Below, one piece after another: positions 45,436 through 58,179 of a stretch of 64,000 nt of DNA. Source of the stretch: Dinoroseobacter sp. (GTDB lineage: Bacteria > Pseudomonadota > Alphaproteobacteria > Rhodobacterales > Rhodobacteraceae); the NCBI GenBank assembly GCA_963691755.1, contig OY829366.1:622534-686533 (forward strand). The letters are read 5' to 3'. The notes under the pieces are model-generated. The model saw nothing but the letters and a program-made list of their open reading frames with translations. It searched no databases and had not been told where the DNA came from. How positions within the stretch are numbered: the stretch's first letter is position 1; the number at the start of each line of letters is the position of its first letter. The position numbers were made by a program, and so were the translations under genes.

Positions 45436-46554
45436 ATGAAAATCAGCATTGAACGCGCAGCCCTTCTCAAAGCGGTTGGGCAAGCCCAATCGGTCGTAGA
45501 GCGCCGTAACACAATCCCGATCCTGGCAAATGTGCTGATCGAGGCTGAGGGAAACGACGTCAGTTTCCGTGCAACCGATCTCGATATCGAGGTTGTTGAT
45601 AATGCAGATGCCACCGTTGAGCGTGCCGGGGCGACGACGGTTTCCGCGGTGACTTTGCACGAAATCGTCCGCAAATTGCCTGACGGCGCCCAAGTCCAAC
45701 TGTCTGAAGATGGAGCCAAGGGCCGTTTGGAAGTGACGGCGGGCAAATCCAGTTTCTCGCTTGCGACGCTGCCAAGAGATGATTTTCCGGTGATGGCCAG
45801 CGCTGAATACGATTGCAACTTTTCAGCACCCGCGCCTGAACTTCGCCGTCTGTTCGATAAATCTAAGTTCGCGATCTCGACAGAAGAGACGCGTTACTAC
45901 TTGAACGGCGTTTACATGCATGTTGCGGATTCCGATGGGGGGCAGGTTCTGCGTTGTGTGGCCACCGACGGACATAGATTGGCGCGGATCGACTCGAAGC
46001 TGCCGGACGGTGCATCAGATATGCCAGGCGTCATCGTTCCACGGAAAACCGTAGCGGAACTGCGCAAACTACTCGACGATGATGATATGGTCATTGCGGT
46101 ATCAGTTAGCGAAACCAAAGTTCGTTTCGCAACGCCACAGATCACGCTGACATCCAAGGTCATAGATGGCACCTTCCCCGACTATACGCGCGTGATCCCT
46201 TACGGGAATACCAAAGAGCTCAAGGTCGATGCCTCAGATTTTGCTAAAGCGGTTGATCGTGTGTCAACGGTCAGTTCTGAACGGTCCCGAGCGGTAAAGC
46301 TGACGCTCGACGAAGATCGCTTGGTTCTTTCAGTAAATGCGCCCGATGCTGGTGCTGCAGAAGAAGAGCTTGGTGTCGCGTATAATGATGAACGCCTCGA
46401 GATTGGGTTTAACGCCAAGTATCTGCAGGACATCGCAAATCAAGTTGATCGTGAGAACGCTGTTTTCCTGTTCAACTCTGCAGGTGACCCCACGATGATG
46501 CGCGAAGGCAATGATACTTCGGCGGTCTACGTCGTCATGCCAATGCGCGTCTGA
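45436..46554 (+). CDS. dnaN: DNA polymerase III beta sliding clamp DnaN
   Basis: ATG 45436 follows an AGGAG motif. The N-terminus is MKISIERAALLKAVGQAQSVVERRNTIPILANVLIEA. The C-terminus is ...PTMMREGNDTSAVYVVMPMRV. Confidence 0.96.
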   Translation: MKISIERAALLKAVGQAQSVVERRNTIPILANVLIEAEGNDVSFRATDLDIEVVDNADATVERAGATTVSAVTLHEIVRKLPDGAQVQLSEDGAKGRLEVTAGKSSFSLATLPRDDFPVMASAEYDCNFSAPAPELRRLFDKSKFAISTEETRYYLNGVYMHVADSDGGQVLRCVATDGHRLARIDSKLPDGASDMPGVIVPRKTVAELRKLLDDDDMVIAVSVSETKVRFATPQITLTSKVIDGTFPDYTRVIPYGNTKELKVDASDFAKAVDRVSTVSSERSRAVKLTLDEDRLVLSVNAPDAGAAEEELGVAYNDERLEIGFNAKYLQDIANQVDRENAVFLFNSAGDPTMMREGNDTSAVYVVMPMRV

Positions 46555-46594
46555 CGCGCAGTCGAAAACAGATGTACAGATTTAGGAGCGGCGC

Positions 46595-50190
<3,596 letters not shown>

Positions 50191-50287
50191 TTAGCGGTTG
50201 TCCCACTTTCAGGACACAGCGCGACGGCTTGCCGCTCGCTTGTAGCGCATCCGGTGCTAAGTTGCGGGTCAGATTGGAACTATCCAC

Positions 50288-50932
50288 ATGCTCGTTGACC
50301 TAAAGAACGTCCAGAAATCCTATGGCGACCAACCCGTTTTAGCGGGGGTCGACTTGCAGCTTGATGCAGCCCAATCCTTGGCGCTGACCGGCGAAAGTGG
50401 TTCTGGAAAAAGTACTCTTCTTCATTTGATCGGTGGACTTGATCAGGCCGATGCTGGCGAAGTGGCCGTGGCGGGTGAAAACCTGCGACAGATGGACGAT
50501 GCCGGTCGCGCGGCGCTGCGACGAACCACGGTCTCCGTAGTCTTCCAGCAATTCAACCTGATCCCATCCCTTAATGTCGCGGCGAACCTTTCGTTTCAGG
50601 CGCGCTTAGCCGGAAGGTTTGATTGGGCGTGGACAAACGCTTTGACCGAAAGGCTCGGACTGAGCGGTCTTGAACAACGCTATCCGGAACAGCTTTCCGG
50701 GGGTCAGCAACAACGCGTCGCGATCGGTCGGGCGCTTGCGGTGCGTCCGGCCCTGATCCTCGCGGACGAGCCAACCGGCAACCTTGATGAAGACAGTGGT
50801 GACGCTGTCATGAGCCTGTTGCTGGATCTTGTCCGAGACACTGGGGCAGGGCTGTTGATGGTTACCCATTCGCAACGCCTGGCAGCCAGACTGGACCGAC
50901 GCCTGATGCTTGCCCATGGGCGCATCGCATGA
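50288..50932 (+). CDS. ABC transporter ATP-binding protein (YbbA/LolD-like)
   Basis: It has Walker A (GESGSGKSTLL), the signature motif (LSGGQQQRVAIGRAL) and Walker B (LILADEPTGNLD). Confidence 0.9.
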   Translation: MLVDLKNVQKSYGDQPVLAGVDLQLDAAQSLALTGESGSGKSTLLHLIGGLDQADAGEVAVAGENLRQMDDAGRAALRRTTVSVVFQQFNLIPSLNVAANLSFQARLAGRFDWAWTNALTERLGLSGLEQRYPEQLSGGQQQRVAIGRALAVRPALILADEPTGNLDEDSGDAVMSLLLDLVRDTGAGLLMVTHSQRLAARLDRRLMLAHGRIA

Positions 50933-53337
50933 TCCTGACGACTGCTCAGGCAACCCTATCGCACTGGAAGCGCCGACCGGGTCAGCTGCTGACATTGGTG
51001 ATCGGTCTTGCCTTGGCCACGGCACTTTGGTCCGGCGTACAGGCGATTAATGCCGAAGCGCGCGCCAGCTACGATAGCGCCGCCCAAAGCCTCGGGCAAT
51101 CGACGCTTGAGATTCTGGAACCGATTTCATCAGGAGCTTTACCACAAAGCCGCTTTGCGGAACTGCGGCGGGCCGGGTGGCTGGTATCTCCTGTACTGGA
51201 AGGAAGGTACAGGCTGGGCGACCGAACCATCCGTATCCGTGGCTACGATCCTCTTACTGCGCCAGTGGCAATGCAACCGGTCAACCTGACCGACCCCAAT
51301 GACCTCCTGGGTTTCATCGGCGGCACCGTTGGCTATGTGCACCCTGAAACCTATGCCGGTTTGGAGTTGTCGGAAACAGATCTTGAGATTTATGCGCAAG
51401 CCGCACTTCCCTTGGGCGTTTTGCTTGTTGATATCGGAACGGCGCAAAGGCTGCTCGATCAGCGTGACGCAATAAGCCATCTTGTCTTATGGCCAGACCA
51501 ACCAGCTGGACTGGAGAGCCTTCGCAAAGTTGCGCCCGATCTGAGGCGGGTTCGCCCAAACCAAACCTCTGATGCCGCGCGCCTCACCGACAGCTTTCAT
51601 TTAAACCTCACGGCATTTGGATTGTTGGCCTTTGCCGTGGGTCTCTTCATTGTGCACGGCGCCATCGGACTTGCCTTCGAACAACGCCGCGCGATGTTTC
51701 GGACGCTGCGGGCCCTTGGCGTTCCTTTGCAATCACTGGTGATCGTATTGGCGTCCGAGGTCATGGTGCTCGCGGTATTATCCGCCGTCGTCGGTGTTGC
51801 GCTGGGCTACATTATCGCCGCGACCCTTTTACCGGATGTCGCCGCTACGATACGCGGGCTCTACGGTGCTGAAGTGACAGGCAACCTGCAATTTCGCAGA
51901 TCCTGGTGGCTGTCAGGGTTGGGCATCGCGCTTGCTGGGGCTGCCCTTGCATCGGCGCAGGCGCTTTGGCGGGTTTCAAAGATGCCGCTGCTTGCCCCTG
52001 CTCAGCCGCGGGCCTGGTTGCGCGCGTCCTCCCGGGGGATCACAATTCAACTCGGCGTAGCGATGGGTCTGTTTCTGGTCGCAGGGCTGTCAGTTCAATA
52101 TTTCTCAGGGCTTATCGCGGGCTTTGTGATGCTTGGTAGCTTGCTGCTGGGTGCCGCGTTGATCCTTCCCGGTATACTTTCAGCTCTCCTTAACATGGCT
52201 TCACGCCTGTCCGTGCGCCCACTGACCCAGTGGTTTTGGGCAGATACCCACCAGCAGCTTCCCGGACTAAGTCTCGCGTTGATGGCGCTGATGCTGGCGC
52301 TTGCGACCAACATTGGGGTTGGCACCATGGTTTCTAGCTTTCGGCTGACCTTCACAGGCTGGCTGGATCAACGTCTGGCATCGGAATTCTATGTGACCGG
52401 ACGTGATCAGGCAGAGGCAGACGCGCTTTTGGCTTTTCTTGAACCCAGAAGCGACGCGGTGCTTCCAATCTGGCGCGTAGAGCGCGCCTTGAACCAACAT
52501 CCCGGTGCAGTGTTCGCCGTAGCAGACCACCCAACTTACCGTGACAACTGGCCGATGCTACGAGCGGTTCCGGAAATCTGGGATCTGCTGGCAAATGGTG
52601 AAGGCGTTCTGATCAACGAGCAGCTTTGGCGCCGCGATGATCTTTCTCTTGGTGACACCTTAACCCTGCCCGATGGCCCCGACTTGCCGATCATTGGTGT
52701 GTTTTCTGACTATGGGAACCCGAAGGCGCAGGCCATCATTGGTCTTTCGGTGTTCGAACGTGTCTATCCCAATGCCGCGCGTTTGGGATTTGCCGTTCGC
52801 ATTGATCCAGAGAAAGTTTCGCAGCTGCGAGCGGATATCCGAGAGGAATTCGACCTTCCCGACACGCTGGTGATTGATCAGGCTTCGATCAAATCATTCT
52901 CCCTGGGGGTTTTCGAGAGAACGTTCGCCGTTTCGGGCGCGCTCAACATCCTGACGCTCGGTGTGGCAGGTTTTGCGATGCTCACCTCGCTTTTGACGCT
53001 GGCTTCGATGCGCATTCCCCAGCTTGCTCCGGTTTGGGCCTTGGGCCAAACGCGCGCCCGCTTGGCCCAGTTTGAACTTCTCCGTGCTGTCTTGCTCGCG
53101 GCGTTAACCACAGTTGTTGCTATCCCGGTTGGTCTTGTTCTGGCCTGGTCTTTGCTTGCAGTGGTAAATGTCGAAGCCTTTGGATGGCGGCTTCCGATGT
53201 TTCTGTTTCCCTCGCAATGGCTGGTGCTGGGAAGCCTGACTTTGCTTGCCGCCGTTCTCGCAGCACTCTGGCCTGCACAGAAACTTGCGCGCACGCCGCC
53301 CGGTGATTTGCTAAAGGTGTTTGCGAATGAACGTTAA
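50929..53337 (+). CDS. ABC transporter permease with duplicated FtsX domains (YbbP-like)
   Basis: The product is 802 aa with two 4-TM FtsX-type modules separated by large extracytoplasmic regions. Its start overlaps the stop of the ATPase gene. Confidence 0.85.
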   Translation: MILTTAQATLSHWKRRPGQLLTLVIGLALATALWSGVQAINAEARASYDSAAQSLGQSTLEILEPISSGALPQSRFAELRRAGWLVSPVLEGRYRLGDRTIRIRGYDPLTAPVAMQPVNLTDPNDLLGFIGGTVGYVHPETYAGLELSETDLEIYAQAALPLGVLLVDIGTAQRLLDQRDAISHLVLWPDQPAGLESLRKVAPDLRRVRPNQTSDAARLTDSFHLNLTAFGLLAFAVGLFIVHGAIGLAFEQRRAMFRTLRALGVPLQSLVIVLASEVMVLAVLSAVVGVALGYIIAATLLPDVAATIRGLYGAEVTGNLQFRRSWWLSGLGIALAGAALASAQALWRVSKMPLLAPAQPRAWLRASSRGITIQLGVAMGLFLVAGLSVQYFSGLIAGFVMLGSLLLGAALILPGILSALLNMASRLSVRPLTQWFWADTHQQLPGLSLALMALMLALATNIGVGTMVSSFRLTFTGWLDQRLASEFYVTGRDQAEADALLAFLEPRSDAVLPIWRVERALNQHPGAVFAVADHPTYRDNWPMLRAVPEIWDLLANGEGVLINEQLWRRDDLSLGDTLTLPDGPDLPIIGVFSDYGNPKAQAIIGLSVFERVYPNAARLGFAVRIDPEKVSQLRADIREEFDLPDTLVIDQASIKSFSLGVFERTFAVSGALNILTLGVAGFAMLTSLLTLASMRIPQLAPVWALGQTRARLAQFELLRAVLLAALTTVVAIPVGLVLAWSLLAVVNVEAFGWRLPMFLFPSQWLVLGSLTLLAAVLAALWPAQKLARTPPGDLLKVFANER

Positions 53338-54400
53338 GGTTTCCCTGTTTCTTCTCCTGTTTCCGTTTGCTGCATTCGGGCAGGGCTTTGCGGGATTGGG
53401 CACGACCGCCGCTGACAATTTCGATGTCCCGGAACTTGGGACCGTTTTTGAGTTTCCGACAGATCATGGCCAACATGAAACATTCCGCATCGAATGGTGG
53501 TATCTTACGGCGACCCTGACCGGCGATGATGGTCAGGATTATGGCGCCCAGTGGACGCTGTTTCGCTCTGCGCTTGAGCCGAAGCGTACAGAAAGCTGGG
53601 ACAGTCCGCAGATCTGGATGGGGCACGCTGCGATTACGTCTGCAAACGCTCATTTCCACGCCGAACGTTTCGGTCGCGATGGTTCGGGTCAAGCTGGTGT
53701 GACGGCGGTCCCTTTTGAGGCTTGGATTGACGACTGGTCGATGATGGGTGCGGCTTCGGTTGGTGAGGATGCACTTGATGCAATTGAGCTGCGCGTACGG
53801 GGTGGGGACTGGTCCTATCAGTTGTCGCTTGAGGCTACTGGTCCATTGGTCCCGCAAGGCCAGGAAGGCTACTCCGTGAAGTCCGAAGATGGACAGTCGA
53901 GCTACTACTACTCGCAACCGTTCTATGAAGTCTTGGGATCACTGGAACTTCCTTCAGGCACGGTTCAGGTCACCGGACAGGCCTGGTTGGACCGTGAGTG
54001 GTCCAGTCAGCCGCTTAGCTCGGATCAGACGGGATGGGATTGGTTTTCACTGCATTTCGAAAATGGTGAAAAAATGATGGGGTTTCAGCTTCGGGATCGC
54101 GACGGTGAAAGCTTCACATCGGGAACCTGGATTTCTGCTGATGGAACGCCCATCGCACTTACGCCTCAGGCGCTTGAGGTCTCGCCGCTCGGGTTTGCTG
54201 ATGTGGAAGGTCGGGAGGTCCCGGTTTCGTGGCGTTTACGCTTGCCTGAGCGCGGGCTCGACATCACAACGACAACGCTGAATGATCAATCGTGGATGCC
54301 GACGTTGTTTCCGTATTGGGAAGGCCCCATTCGATTTACAGGAAGCCATGATGGGCGCGGTTATCTTGAGATGACCGGATACGAACCCGCCCAAAACTAG
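53327..54400 (+). CDS. AttH-like / CrtC-N lipocalin-like secreted protein
   Basis: It has a signal peptide (MNVKVSLFLLLFPFAAFG). It has the motif FEFPTDHGQHETFRIEWWYLTATL...QWTLFR, typical of the AttH/hydroxyneurosporene-synthase-like family. It overlaps the permease stop by 11 nt. Confidence 0.7.
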   Translation: MNVKVSLFLLLFPFAAFGQGFAGLGTTAADNFDVPELGTVFEFPTDHGQHETFRIEWWYLTATLTGDDGQDYGAQWTLFRSALEPKRTESWDSPQIWMGHAAITSANAHFHAERFGRDGSGQAGVTAVPFEAWIDDWSMMGAASVGEDALDAIELRVRGGDWSYQLSLEATGPLVPQGQEGYSVKSEDGQSSYYYSQPFYEVLGSLELPSGTVQVTGQAWLDREWSSQPLSSDQTGWDWFSLHFENGEKMMGFQLRDRDGESFTSGTWISADGTPIALTPQALEVSPLGFADVEGREVPVSWRLRLPERGLDITTTTLNDQSWMPTLFPYWEGPIRFTGSHDGRGYLEMTGYEPAQN

Positions 54401-54455
54401 AAGTGATGTGTCACGCTTAACATGCGGACCAAGCTATCTACAGGTCTCAGGGTGC

Positions 54456-55934
54456 TTAGCTGTCCATAAAAAGCGGGAAGGTCACACCCAGTGCCCAAGC
54501 CAGTACGAACCCCGTACCAATTCCAACCGCCATCACAGATCCGGTTCGCCGCCCAAACCACCCGCCGATCAGCCCGAAAACGATGAAGAATGCAACGATG
54601 ACCGGTAAAATGATTATCAGGAAGAAAAGTCCCTCGTAATCCAGCGATATCGCAAGTCCGAGGGATGCAAGAAATGCACTGCGCGCGATCAGTGCCCGAC
54701 CCCATCCACCATGGCCTGCTTCCAACAAGCGCGCCTCTCCAAGCGCGTAGGGAATCGCACCTGTGGCAAGTGCTGCGATGATCAATGGACGTGGGCCCGC
54801 GGGAAGGAAGGATGTCACATGCTGATCCAGAAAGACGCCGAAGATAACGATACCGAACCCGATGATCCAGAGCAGGACGGGCCCGTTGGTCTGCCCCAGT
54901 CTGTAGCCAAAACCGCGTAAGATCAGCAGTGTAAGTGCGCCATAAAGCGCGAGGTGGAGACCCAAGTAGTCGGCGACCAGAACGGGTAAGAACCTTAGTT
55001 CAAAGGTCGATAATAGGATCGGCGTCGCCATCGCAGGCACCAATGCTGCGATCCAGAACTCAGTTCGGTCGATCGCCATTGGCGGGGACCCGGGCCGTAC
55101 CATCCCTGCCACCGGCCACATAAGCACCAATAGGCCGATCAGTGTCAGAACAACGCCCAAGCCCGTCGTAGCCACCGGACTCACGAAGTTTCGCTCAAAC
55201 TGAAGGTTTAGCCAGTCGCGCGCCGCCCTTACGCCGGTCTGCGAATAAAGAACCCCAACATGTTCGACCTGAGGTGCGACCACCGCGCTTCGGATCACTT
55301 CCGGTGTCTGAACAATCTGCCCTTCAAGGGCTGCTGGATCTACAAGACGCAGAACGCGCAGCGCCTCTTCGCGCAATGTGGCTTCCCACTCTCCCGTGAT
55401 CATCAACAAGGATCTGGGCGTGACGTCGGTCACCGCTTGCGAGAACATAGAAATTGCAACAACGGAAGCGACACGTCGATCTCGTGCGGCCTGTCGGACT
55501 ATGATGTCAGTTGCCATTGAGTGTCCAAGCAAGGCGACCCGTCCATCAACATCATCCAAGCCAAGGGCAAAGTTGATCACTTCGGCCGTCTGGTTCATCA
55601 GAATTTGCGTGGCGCCGGTGCCCGTTTCCAGATCACCCGTCATCGGGTCCGGATTTCGGCCGTGCCCAAGGAAGTCAAAGCTGACCGCAATGTAGCCTGC
55701 CTGCGCAAGCGTCAGCGCATAGGACTGCATCAATTGGCGTGATCCGGCAAAACCATGGGCGATGACAACGGCGGGAGCAGCCCCCATCCCCGGTTGGCGA
55801 TAGATCGATACCGGCGTTGAGCCTGTTTCGGTTCGCGTGATTTCGACAACGCCACGTGCGCCCTGCAACTGCCCAAGTCCGGTCCCCACCAACGCAATTG
55901 CTAGGATCAGAACAATCCAACGGGCTGCTGACAT
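54456..55934 (-). CDS. Alpha/beta hydrolase fused to a C-terminal polytopic membrane domain
   Basis: It has an N-terminal anchor. The hydrolase core shows an HG oxyanion motif (VVIAHGFAGS) and a nucleophile elbow (LLGHSMAT). About 7 predicted TM helices occupy the last 250 aa or so. I prefer ATG 55934. Confidence 0.7.
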   Translation of the reverse strand: MSAARWIVLILAIALVGTGLGQLQGARGVVEITRTETGSTPVSIYRQPGMGAAPAVVIAHGFAGSRQLMQSYALTLAQAGYIAVSFDFLGHGRNPDPMTGDLETGTGATQILMNQTAEVINFALGLDDVDGRVALLGHSMATDIIVRQAARDRRVASVVAISMFSQAVTDVTPRSLLMITGEWEATLREEALRVLRLVDPAALEGQIVQTPEVIRSAVVAPQVEHVGVLYSQTGVRAARDWLNLQFERNFVSPVATTGLGVVLTLIGLLVLMWPVAGMVRPGSPPMAIDRTEFWIAALVPAMATPILLSTFELRFLPVLVADYLGLHLALYGALTLLILRGFGYRLGQTNGPVLLWIIGFGIVIFGVFLDQHVTSFLPAGPRPLIIAALATGAIPYALGEARLLEAGHGGWGRALIARSAFLASLGLAISLDYEGLFFLIIILPVIVAFFIVFGLIGGWFGRRTGSVMAVGIGTGFVLAWALGVTFPLFMDS

Positions 55935-56031
55935 ATGGGCGCGCCTCCGGGGTTGCGACGCCACAAGTCCTCGTAAATCATCGCTGTGGTGTCTAGGCTT
56001 TCTGCAATCCCATTTAGCGGAGCCCGCGTAG

Positions 56032-58179
56032 ATGCAAAGCCAAAACGGCCAAACCGTGCCCTTAACCCGAGATATTGCGTTGATTGGTGGTGGGCATACT
56101 CATGCGCTGGTCTTGCGGTCCTTCGCGATGAAACCCATTCCCGGGGCGCGGCTGACACTAATCAACCCTGGTCCCACTGCACCTTATTCTGGAATGTTGC
56201 CAGGGCACGTTGCAGGTCACTACGCGCGTCGAACGCTCGACATAGATTTGGTACGGCTTACCCGTGCTGCGGGGGCGCGTCTGATTCTTGATCAAGCCGT
56301 CGGTATTGACCGGTCCGAAAAACGCATCGTGTTGGGCGCACGCCCGGCGGTCAGTTATGATCTTGCCTCCATCGATATAGGCATCACCTCAGATCTCCCC
56401 GAAATTGAGGGGTTCGAAATTTTTGCGGTTCCTGCAAAACCCCTTGGTCCAATGGCGGAACGGTGGGAGGCGCATGTTGCCCGCGAAAATCCCGGTCCTG
56501 TCGTCATTCTAGGTGGCGGTGTTGCGGGGCTTGAACTGGCAATGGCCTGCGCCCACCGGTTGCATGGGCGAGCACATGTCACGGTCGTTGATCGTGGGCG
56601 CCCAGTTCAGGAGCTATCCCCAAAAACAAGAAACCTTTTGCTGGATGCGCTGGGCAAATATGCCGTGCAGGTTCGACCCAACTGTCAAATCACAGAGATT
56701 GCCGAGGATCACGTTGTGCTTGGAGATGGTACCACCATTCCCGCCGAACTGGTCATTGGCGCTGCAGGTGCCAAGGCGCAGTCATGGCTGGGTGATACCG
56801 GGTTGGAGCTCGAGAATGGGTTTGTACGTGTTGATGCAAGTTTGCGTAGTTCTGATCCTGACATATTCGCAACCGGCGATTGCGCACATATGATGGACGA
56901 CCCCAGACCAAAAGCAGGTGTTTTTGCCGTTCGTCAGGCCCCGGTGCTTGCAGAAAACCTGCGTGCTGCGCTGACCAATAGGCCCAGCAAGCCTTATAAA
57001 CCTCAAAAAGATTACCTGAAACTGATCTCGCTCGGCGGCAAGAAAGCAGTTGCCGACAAATCCGGTTTTCGAATTGCGGGCTCGGTATTGTGGAAGCTCA
57101 AAGATAAGATCGACCGCGATTTCATGGCGAAATTCGACGATCTCCCAAATATGGGTCAGCCTCTGGTTCCACCTGGGACGATACATGCAAGCATAGAAGC
57201 GCTTTCCGCGGCACCGTTATGCGGTGGGTGCGGGGCAAAAGTCGGCTCAGATGATCTCGATGCAGCCCTTGCGGTTCTGCCGCACCCGAGGCGTCATGAT
57301 GTTCTGTCAGTGGCGGGCGACGATGCCGCGCTTCTGAAAACTGAAAATGGCGTTCAGGTTATCAGCACGGACCATTTGCGCGCTGTGACGGATGATCCGT
57401 GGATGATGGCGCGGATCGCGCTTGTGCATGCGCTGGGTGATGTTTGGGCGATGGGTGCAAAACCGCAGGCCGTCCTGTCGAGCGTAACCTTGCCACAGAT
57501 GTCGCCGCGCATGCAGCGGGAGACTTTGCGCGAGATTACCTCGGGCGTGACAGAGATCCTATCCCTCATCGGCGCGGACCTTGTCGGTGGTCACACGACG
57601 CAGGGAAGCGAGTTGACGCTTGGTTTCACGGTCACTGGTACCACAGCAAATCCCATTACTCTGACTGGGGCAGAGCCTGGCGATGCGCTCGTTCTGACGC
57701 GCCCTTTGGGCACAGGCGTGATGCTAGCAGCCGAGATGCAACGGCGCGCAGATGGTCGAGATATTGCTGCGCTTCTGGAGGCCATGGCACAACCGCAAAT
57801 GGATGCCGCAAATGCGCTGGCGCCTATGGCCAAGGCGATGACGGACGTTACAGGATTTAGTTTGATGGGGCATCTCAAACGGATGTGTGAAGCGTCCGGG
57901 ACGGGGGCAGACATATCCCTCGATGCCATCCCGATCTACAGGGGCGCTTTGGACGCTGTGAAGGCCGGGATTAGATCCAGTCTTTACCCAGCTAACCGGG
58001 CACCGTTTGATGACATCAGCACAGAGAATCCCAAAGCAGAGCTTCTCTTTGATCCGCAAACCTGTGGTGGGCTGCTCGCAGCCTTACCAACATCCAAACT
58101 TGATGAGTTGACCGAAATTTATCCTGCCGCAGTGCTGATCGGCAGCATCACTGATGCGCAGGGCATCAAAGTGAATTAA
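56032..58179 (+). CDS. selD: Fusion protein: FAD/NAD(P)-dependent pyridine-nucleotide-disulfide oxidoreductase-like domain plus selenide, water dikinase (SelD)
   Basis: The N-terminal 370 aa or so carry two dinucleotide-binding motifs (IALIGGGHTH; VVILGGGVAGLE). The C-terminal 340 aa or so form a SelD/AIR-synthase-like domain with a Cys-type active-site loop (APLCGGCGAKVGSDDL) plus GDDAAL and DFF-type segments. Confidence 0.85.
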   Translation: MQSQNGQTVPLTRDIALIGGGHTHALVLRSFAMKPIPGARLTLINPGPTAPYSGMLPGHVAGHYARRTLDIDLVRLTRAAGARLILDQAVGIDRSEKRIVLGARPAVSYDLASIDIGITSDLPEIEGFEIFAVPAKPLGPMAERWEAHVARENPGPVVILGGGVAGLELAMACAHRLHGRAHVTVVDRGRPVQELSPKTRNLLLDALGKYAVQVRPNCQITEIAEDHVVLGDGTTIPAELVIGAAGAKAQSWLGDTGLELENGFVRVDASLRSSDPDIFATGDCAHMMDDPRPKAGVFAVRQAPVLAENLRAALTNRPSKPYKPQKDYLKLISLGGKKAVADKSGFRIAGSVLWKLKDKIDRDFMAKFDDLPNMGQPLVPPGTIHASIEALSAAPLCGGCGAKVGSDDLDAALAVLPHPRRHDVLSVAGDDAALLKTENGVQVISTDHLRAVTDDPWMMARIALVHALGDVWAMGAKPQAVLSSVTLPQMSPRMQRETLREITSGVTEILSLIGADLVGGHTTQGSELTLGFTVTGTTANPITLTGAEPGDALVLTRPLGTGVMLAAEMQRRADGRDIAALLEAMAQPQMDAANALAPMAKAMTDVTGFSLMGHLKRMCEASGTGADISLDAIPIYRGALDAVKAGIRSSLYPANRAPFDDISTENPKAELLFDPQTCGGLLAALPTSKLDELTEIYPAAVLIGSITDAQGIKVN

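Noticed and set aside
50280-50288. A DnaA-box-like CTATCCACA overlaps the start codon of the ABC ATPase gene. The octamer TAGCGGTT is also repeated twice in the gyrB upstream region.
   Set aside because: One-mismatch 9-mers are expected more than 10 times in this window by chance. An 8-mer repeating within 170 bp is also not significant (roughly 0.2 expected).
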